A DNA stretch of 11,336 bases from a virus (taxonomy: Duplodnaviria > Heunggongvirae > Uroviricota > Caudoviricetes). The stretch lies in the IMG/VR virus record IMGVR_UViG_3300006899_000574; one strand, given 5' to 3'. The position numbers were made by a program, and so were the translations under genes. The notes beneath the pieces are model-generated. The model made no database searches. It saw only the letters and a program-made list of their open reading frames with translations, and was not told the origin of the DNA. Within the stretch, counting starts at the first letter, position 1, and every line of letters begins with the position of its first letter. Positions 6,721-11,336 of the stretch are shown here, in pieces.

Positions 6721-6960
6721 ATGGAAACCCCCTTACTTGTGGCTGTGCTTGTTGTGCTGTCAGTGCTTACCTATCGACGTTACCGCAAGCCCGTGTATCA
6801 CGACCTCACGAAGACCGCGACCCTGGCTCAGCGTGCGGAGTCCAGACAGCCCCAGGGAGAGCTACTGCCCTCGCGTCCTCTAACGGAAGGCCCGCCGAGG
6901 CCCCGGCCGCCGGCAAAACGCCGTATCACAGAAGAAGTTTTCTCATGGAAAAGAAAATGA
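6721..6960 (+). CDS. Small membrane-anchored hypothetical protein (79 aa)
   Basis: N-terminal hydrophobic LLVAVLVVLSVLTY followed by RRYRK, Pro-rich tail; its stop overlaps the next ATG (ATGA 6957-6960). Confidence 0.65.
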   Translation: METPLLVAVLVVLSVLTYRRYRKPVYHDLTKTATLAQRAESRQPQGELLPSRPLTEGPPRPRPPAKRRITEEVFSWKRK

Positions 6961-7739
6961 ATTCAGCACACGACCTCATCCTTGATGCCGACGAACTGCG
7001 GAAATTCATCAACTGGCTTCCGGATCTCGAACGTTCCGAGACCTACTACGTGAGCCTGCTGGCGCGCCGGAAGTATTGTTCCGAAGAAAATCGCGGACTG
7101 GTGAAATCGGAGTCCGAGATCCGCAGAACTACTTGTACGAAGGAAACCATGTTCCGGAGCATTGCACAGTTCGAATGCCGACGTGGTGCGTATGACGTGC
7201 CAGAGGAGAGTCTCGCGGTGTACGTCACGCCAAACCCTCGCGATCAAGATCGGGCTCTGCGGAACCTGCTCATGCGCTGTGCAGACGCAGTTTGTCGAGG
7301 ATACAGGGAAAACATGGCGATGACGTTATCCGAAATCCACAAGGCACACGGCAAAAAAAAGTTTGTCAGTTTTGATTTCGACGGCCCGCTTCCTCGAAAT
7401 CTCTCCTCTGCGGTAAATCTGGACGCTGTGGATGTCGTGCAGACGCGCGGGGGCTTTCATGTGCTGGTGCGTCCAGCAGACGTTGTAACAGGACTCAAGG
7501 ACTCCTGGTGGCGAGAGATCCGTCAGTTGCCGGGTTTTGACGTCTGCAAGGGAGATGATATGTTACCTGTACCCGGGTGTTTTCAGGGCGGCTTCATACC
7601 ACGCCTGCTTTCAGCAGATGAACTTGTAGCCAGACTTCAGGACGAGCGTAAGATCGCAGATGTATGTTGCTACTCCTGCTTTGCCGCAGGTCAAGCTACA
7701 GGAGACTGCAAGTTCGCATTCAAGAAGGAGTGCAAGTAG
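6957..7739 (+). CDS. Archaeo-eukaryotic primase (AEP) superfamily primase-polymerase-like protein (260 aa)
   Basis: Motif I FVSFD(140)FD(142), motif II QTRGGFH(168)VLV, motif III GD(200)D(201)MLPVPG; Cys-rich tail. Start placed at the ATGA overlap; the TTG at 6687 in the ORF track is the -35 box. Confidence 0.7.
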   Translation: MNSAHDLILDADELRKFINWLPDLERSETYYVSLLARRKYCSEENRGLVKSESEIRRTTCTKETMFRSIAQFECRRGAYDVPEESLAVYVTPNPRDQDRALRNLLMRCADAVCRGYRENMAMTLSEIHKAHGKKKFVSFDFDGPLPRNLSSAVNLDAVDVVQTRGGFHVLVRPADVVTGLKDSWWREIRQLPGFDVCKGDDMLPVPGCFQGGFIPRLLSADELVARLQDERKIADVCCYSCFAAGQATGDCKFAFKKECK

Positions 7740-8261
7740 ATGGAATGTTCGTTCTGCGGGAAGACCGATGGAGCCGTAAAACTCATCATACGCGGCCCCG
7801 CCGCCTGTATTTGCAATGAGTGTGTAAAGATATGTAAAGAGATCGTTGAGCACGAAAACAAAAAGGAGCAAACAGCATCCATGGAAAACCAAAACCCAAT
7901 CGACATTAGGAAAGAATATACAACCAGAGACGGTGGAAACGTCAGGATACTATGCGATGACGGCCCTGGAGACACGCCTGTAGTGGCGATTGTAGGGTAC
8001 GGACCAACCATAAGCTCTGTCGTAATGTACACCCGGGGAGGCCGTGCTGTACACCCAGATTCTCGGATTCTCGACTTGATCGAAGTCCGTAAGAAATTCC
8101 GGCGGGAAGTATGGGTGAATGTCTACCCGGAGGGTATGCATAATGGAGACATTTTAGCCTATGGTAGCAAATACGTAGCAGATCGCATGTCATCAGTCAA
8201 CGAACGACGAATAGCCTGTATTCCCGTAATCATAGAAGGCGAAGAGGGTCAGGGATTATGA
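7740..8261 (+). CDS. ClpX C4-type zinc finger protein fused to a phage domain of unknown function
   Basis: CSFCGK...[17 protein letters not shown] is the ClpX N-terminal ribbon signature; there is no AAA+ domain. The C-terminal part (YTTRDG..VRI...DLIEV...EVWVNVY) resembles recurrent phage hypothetical proteins. Confidence 0.8.
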   Translation: MECSFCGKTDGAVKLIIRGPAACICNECVKICKEIVEHENKKEQTASMENQNPIDIRKEYTTRDGGNVRILCDDGPGDTPVVAIVGYGPTISSVVMYTRGGRAVHPDSRILDLIEVRKKFRREVWVNVYPEGMHNGDILAYGSKYVADRMSSVNERRIACIPVIIEGEEGQGL

Positions 8262-8368
8262 GAAAGACCCTGAAGAGGATTAGAGCCGTATTGGGGTTGG
8301 ATCTCTGGAGTTCTAGCGATATCTACTATATGGGTAGCTGTCCTCTTATTTGCGGTTCGTTCAGTTAG
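8258..8368 (+). CDS. Short ORF (36 aa), possibly the frameshifted 5' part of a membrane-anchored protein
   Basis: ATGA overlap with the upstream stop; [13 protein letters not shown]... A +1 shift at the G4 run (8293-8296) joins a hydrophobic frame that is continuous with 8394..8906. Confidence 0.35.
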   Translation: MRKTLKRIRAVLGLDLWSSSDIYYMGSCPLICGSFS

Positions 8369-8393
8369 AAGATATTTTGAAAGAAGGAAATCT

Positions 8394-8906
8394 ATGAACC
8401 AACAAGAGCAAATCCAAAAACTTGAGGAGTCCAATAAGGAACTCCAACGCCAGATTGAGTTACAGGCGAAACAAATAGAGGCACTGAAAGCCGCCTCTGT
8501 TCAGAACGATGATGAGAGATTTGCTCCCTATAAAGAAGCGGGGTGGGCAATCATCAAGCGTTTAGATGACCCCTGTCATAGTATTTGGGGAGCATACAAC
8601 AATCCCAGCAGGCAGGATTATTACGCCTATCAAACACGAGAACAAGCGGAATGGGAGAACAAAGCAACTCAGGTCCGCCGCAAATTACAGAAAATCTGTG
8701 CGGTGCTTGGCCCTGCGACCGACCTAACGTCATCCTTTTCTGTGATAATTAGAAGAACAGAAGAATTCGTAGTACCCTATTATCCAGTAAGATTCGCCCG
8801 CTACGCAGATGCGCAGAAAGCTGAAAGGATTCTTGGATATGATCTTCAATATCTTGACTGGAATAATTCACCAGAAGCACGGGATGCGCGGGAAGGCAGA
8901 GTATGA
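8394..8906 (+). CDS. Hypothetical protein with N-terminal coiled coil
   Basis: AGAAGGA SD-like sequence; heptad-like QIQKLEESNKELQRQIELQAKQIEALK. Confidence 0.75.
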   Translation: MNQQEQIQKLEESNKELQRQIELQAKQIEALKAASVQNDDERFAPYKEAGWAIIKRLDDPCHSIWGAYNNPSRQDYYAYQTREQAEWENKATQVRRKLQKICAVLGPATDLTSSFSVIIRRTEEFVVPYYPVRFARYADAQKAERILGYDLQYLDWNNSPEARDAREGRV

Positions 8907-9127
8907 TCAGGCATTACATTACACACATTCAAAAGATGCCAGAAGGTGACACTCTATATCCATCGGGGTATCTGATTACAGGGGACGGAGAAGGCGATTT
9001 TTCGAATCGCTCTGATGCCACAACTACGGAATGTCTTGAAGATTACGTCGAGGAGTGCGAAGAACAACTTCGTCTCGCGCTTCAGATGCTTGACGACTAC
9101 AGAAGAAAGAAAAGAGGTGACACATGA
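8903..9127 (+). CDS. Hypothetical protein (74 aa)
   Basis: ATGA overlaps at both ends. Confidence 0.7.
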   Translation: MIRHYITHIQKMPEGDTLYPSGYLITGDGEGDFSNRSDATTTECLEDYVEECEEQLRLALQMLDDYRRKKRGDT

Positions 9128-9384
9128 AAAGACTAACACTCGCGATTTTTGCAATCTTCGTCACCCCACCGCTGACGTATCTGGCGCTGACCTGGCCGCC
9201 TCTGAACCTGGAGGCCCAGAGTTCACGTAGTTCACTGCTCTACACTTTTCATCGTGAAGCTGAAAGTTATGGAGGTTGCGACTTCACCGTCATAAAGCTT
9301 GCCGACGGCACAGTTGTTGGCACATGCTTCTGTCAGAGAGGATTCGATGACGGTCCGAAATGCGGTATATCGGTGTCGAGGTGA
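9124..9384 (+). CDS. Signal/TM-anchored small protein with four Cys
   Basis: SD GAGGTG, MKR plus hydrophobic stretch, ATGA overlap. Confidence 0.7.
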   Translation: MKRLTLAIFAIFVTPPLTYLALTWPPLNLEAQSSRSSLLYTFHREAESYGGCDFTVIKLADGTVVGTCFCQRGFDDGPKCGISVSR

Positions 9385-9389
9385 TCACT

Positions 9390-9653
9390 ATGAAGAAATT
9401 AATAGTTGCTCTAGTATTCGTTCTTGGTTGTTATCCCCGGCAAGACAACAGCAAGGTTGTGAAATCCCAGGACACAATCGAACAGGCACAACGACTGCGG
9501 GATGATACTGTCTGCTACAAAATAGCACGTAATCGTTGTCATTGCTGTAACGGATCTTCCTATACAGGAAGATGCGAGTATGGCAACCATGCCCGCGAAT
9601 TCACAGAATATTGTAATGCCTTGAAAGAGGGAGGGTATACTGTATATGAATAA
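9390..9653 (+). CDS. Putative Cys-rich lipoprotein (87 aa)
   Basis: SD GAGGTG (9378-9383) supports a start at 9390 rather than 9360. MKKLIVALVFVLGC is a type II signal with a lipobox-like VLG-C; six more Cys follow. Confidence 0.7.
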   Translation: MKKLIVALVFVLGCYPRQDNSKVVKSQDTIEQAQRLRDDTVCYKIARNRCHCCNGSSYTGRCEYGNHAREFTEYCNALKEGGYTVYE

Positions 9654-10101
9654 CGCAAAGCTACTCGACCAACTTCTCTCTATCGGAGAGAACCTGCGCA
9701 CGCAGGATAACCGCATCACAGATGCGCCAATGTTCGTCGTCCAACAGAAGGTTCGCGACTACGGATACGATGACGACTACGCGGACAACTGGGAATGGAT
9801 TTCCCAGAAAAACGGTGACCCTGCGGTGATCAATAATCCGCGACTTGCGGCCCGTCTGGATCGGATTTGGGAGCACGGGGACCAAGACTGCCTGAAAGAC
9901 AAATACCACAGAGTTGGCTACAGAGACCGCTGGGAATTTGTGACAGCCTGCTTCACTGAGCAGGGTTGCAAAGACTACCTGGCGCAAGACCGCCATAACC
10001 TGGGTCGTGAGGTCCGCATTTATGCGGCAGGCTCCTATCGAAACGTAGAATTCAGAGTGATTCGCAACTTCCTCATGGACATGCGGGTAGAGAATGTATG
10101 A
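9646..10101 (+). CDS. Conserved phage protein, similar to domains of Ead/Ea22-like proteins
   Basis: LRTQDNRIT..PMFVVQ...WEFVTACFTEQGCKDYL...RHNL...RIY..GSYRN.E...IRNFL is a pattern I recall from lambdoid/P22-type accessory proteins. GGAGG SD. Confidence 0.7.
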   Translation: MNNAKLLDQLLSIGENLRTQDNRITDAPMFVVQQKVRDYGYDDDYADNWEWISQKNGDPAVINNPRLAARLDRIWEHGDQDCLKDKYHRVGYRDRWEFVTACFTEQGCKDYLAQDRHNLGREVRIYAAGSYRNVEFRVIRNFLMDMRVENV

Positions 10102-10616
10102 ACGCAAAGCAAGAGATACATGAAACGCTCAGGCGTTGCGTGAGATACGCCCGCCCACTGAGTCAGTCAGAAGAGGACCGCATCCGCAAAATCCTCGACA
10201 CCCACACACTGGAGCCGATAGGAGACGGGGTGCCGCTGGCCCAGGAATGCGCTGACCTGATCGAAGAAGCAGAGCGCCGAGCAAAGGAAAACGGGAGACG
10301 AGATATTGCATATCGGAATGCAATCCAAAGGCTGAAGCTATTCCTCAAGGATCGGAAGACTTCATTCTTTGCGGGGAAGGAGCCGATTGACGATCGTCCT
10401 TTCGATCCGACGCTGTGCGGCTTTGCGCGTATTAGCGGGCACCCAATCTGGCACAGAAACGATTATTCTATCATAGTGAGCAAGATTGAAAACCAAACAG
10501 CAAAACAAATCACAGTTAAGGAGCTGATGGGAGGCCTGGTTATCTGCGTAGCCCCATGGCCCGCTACCCAATCAGACGGTGAGCGCCTGCTCAAATTGCT
10601 GGGGGTGCTGAAATGA
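10098..10616 (+). CDS. Hypothetical protein (172 aa)
   Basis: ATGA overlaps at both ends; no recognised motif. Confidence 0.7.
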   Translation: MNAKQEIHETLRRCVRYARPLSQSEEDRIRKILDTHTLEPIGDGVPLAQECADLIEEAERRAKENGRRDIAYRNAIQRLKLFLKDRKTSFFAGKEPIDDRPFDPTLCGFARISGHPIWHRNDYSIIVSKIENQTAKQITVKELMGGLVICVAPWPATQSDGERLLKLLGVLK

Positions 10617-10843
10617 GAGTAGAATTCACGGTTGAAAATAGCGATCATTCTGGTCCAGTGCTGGATATCCACGCCACGAATGCTGAGGACGCTTATGAAC
10701 TGGGGCGCATCTATGAGAAGATCTGCAACGTGGGCGGAACTGTATGGAGTGCGAATTCACAAACAAGTGTGATGTTACGGGTCCCCCTTCTTATTATGGA
10801 CGAAATCGGTCTTGCGGTGACATACAAGGAGGAAAAGAAATGA
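10613..10843 (+). CDS. Hypothetical protein (76 aa)
   Basis: ATGA overlaps at both ends. Confidence 0.65.
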   Translation: MRVEFTVENSDHSGPVLDIHATNAEDAYELGRIYEKICNVGGTVWSANSQTSVMLRVPLLIMDEIGLAVTYKEEKK

Positions 10844-11205
10844 CACCCTCTGAAATTTCACTGGCATTTGCGCGGGAGGTGGCGGGGTATCCAGACGGGG
10901 TGACTGTCGGGGGTGGCCCGTTTTGCGCGAAGACGGGTGTGTGCCTCCCCGACTATGCCAACGACCTAACCGCAGTGGACATAGCGATACAAGCCGCCGG
11001 TCTTGAATGGGAGAAGAACCACAGCTCATGGCTACCATCCATAGGCGCAAAGAAGATTCGCGTTGGGACATTCTCCGTTCGGAAGATCCCCAAAGAGAAG
11101 GAGCCCTCTGGGTTCTGGTATGCAGTAGATCAAGAGCCTGGTTGGGCACCCTACCACGCCCTCTGCCTCGCCGCCATCAAATGTGTAAGGGAGAGTAAGA
11201 GATGA
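10840..11205 (+). CDS. Phage ABA-sandwich/BC1872-like protein (121 aa)
   Basis: SD AAGGAGG (10826-10832) supports a start at 10840. LPDYANDLTAV and C-terminal APYHALCLAAIK resemble the P.Y.tD..aA and AiClAAl motifs of this family. Confidence 0.5.
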   Translation: MTPSEISLAFAREVAGYPDGVTVGGGPFCAKTGVCLPDYANDLTAVDIAIQAAGLEWEKNHSSWLPSIGAKKIRVGTFSVRKIPKEKEPSGFWYAVDQEPGWAPYHALCLAAIKCVRESKR

Positions 11206-11336
11206 AATGTCTCCGCAGAATCCGCGCATGGTGGCTCATGCATAAGATGGACCAGTATCACTGGAACACCGTAACCGCCGCATGGGGGCCATGTTGCGTG
11301 CGCAAGCCAGGAGTGCCTGCCATTCGGTTTTACAGG
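11202..11336 (+). CDS. Hypothetical protein, 3'-partial
   Basis: ATGA overlap, GGAG SD-like sequence; MKCLRRIRAWWLMHK... is open to the window edge. Confidence 0.55.
   Translation, partial: MKCLRRIRAWWLMHKMDQYHWNTVTAAWGPCCVRKPGVPAIRFYR

Larger units (their letters stand above)
1..11336. mobile_element. Bacteriophage/prophage genome segment (replication, lysis and accessory genes)
   Basis: Gene content (SSB-like, PolA, holin/endolysin-like pair, AEP, ClpX-type Zn finger, Ead/Ea22-like, ABA-sandwich-like), many ATGA start/stop overlaps, no bacterial housekeeping genes. No integrase or att site is visible, so lifestyle is unresolved. Confidence 0.92.

Noticed and set aside
6687-6956. 90-aa N-terminal extension of the AEP ORF from TTG 6687
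   Set aside because: The TTG is the -35 hexamer, the stretch is occupied by the better 6721..6960 gene, and ATGA coupling points to 6957.
904-7739. TAG reassignment (alternative genetic code), suggested by the in-frame TAG at 7737
   Set aside because: TAG is clearly a true stop after the DIPF tail (904-906) and for the holin, and long genes are intact under the standard code.
7740-8261. clpX gene
   Set aside because: Only the zinc ribbon is present; no Walker A/B or AAA+ domain.
1-11336. CRISPR array, tandem repeats, att sites or intrinsic terminators
   Set aside because: None seen by eye; short or degenerate repeats could have been missed without computation.

Overview
Segment of a tailed-phage (or prophage) genome, densely coding and mostly on the + strand. 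Left: a replication module with a 5'-partial SSB-like protein ending in EEEDIPF, an HNH-like nuclease and an 893-aa family A DNA polymerase. The polymerase has a degenerate N-terminal UDG-like domain, a 3'-5' exonuclease and unusual motif substitutions (steric-gate Glu to Gln; HDE to HDY). Next, a near-consensus sigma70-type promoter drives a tRNA-like RNA, a 69-aa N-terminal fragment of Ro60/TROVE, an HD phosphohydrolase and a small basic ORF; this is the most unusual part and looks like a reduced Y RNA/Ro60 locus. A minus-strand lysis pair follows (holin-like protein; YkuD-like endolysin with peptidoglycan-binding domain). It is divergent from an accessory operon containing an AEP primase-polymerase-like gene, a ClpX-type zinc finger protein and many small translationally coupled phage ORFs. 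All family calls come from motif recognition by eye; no searches were run.
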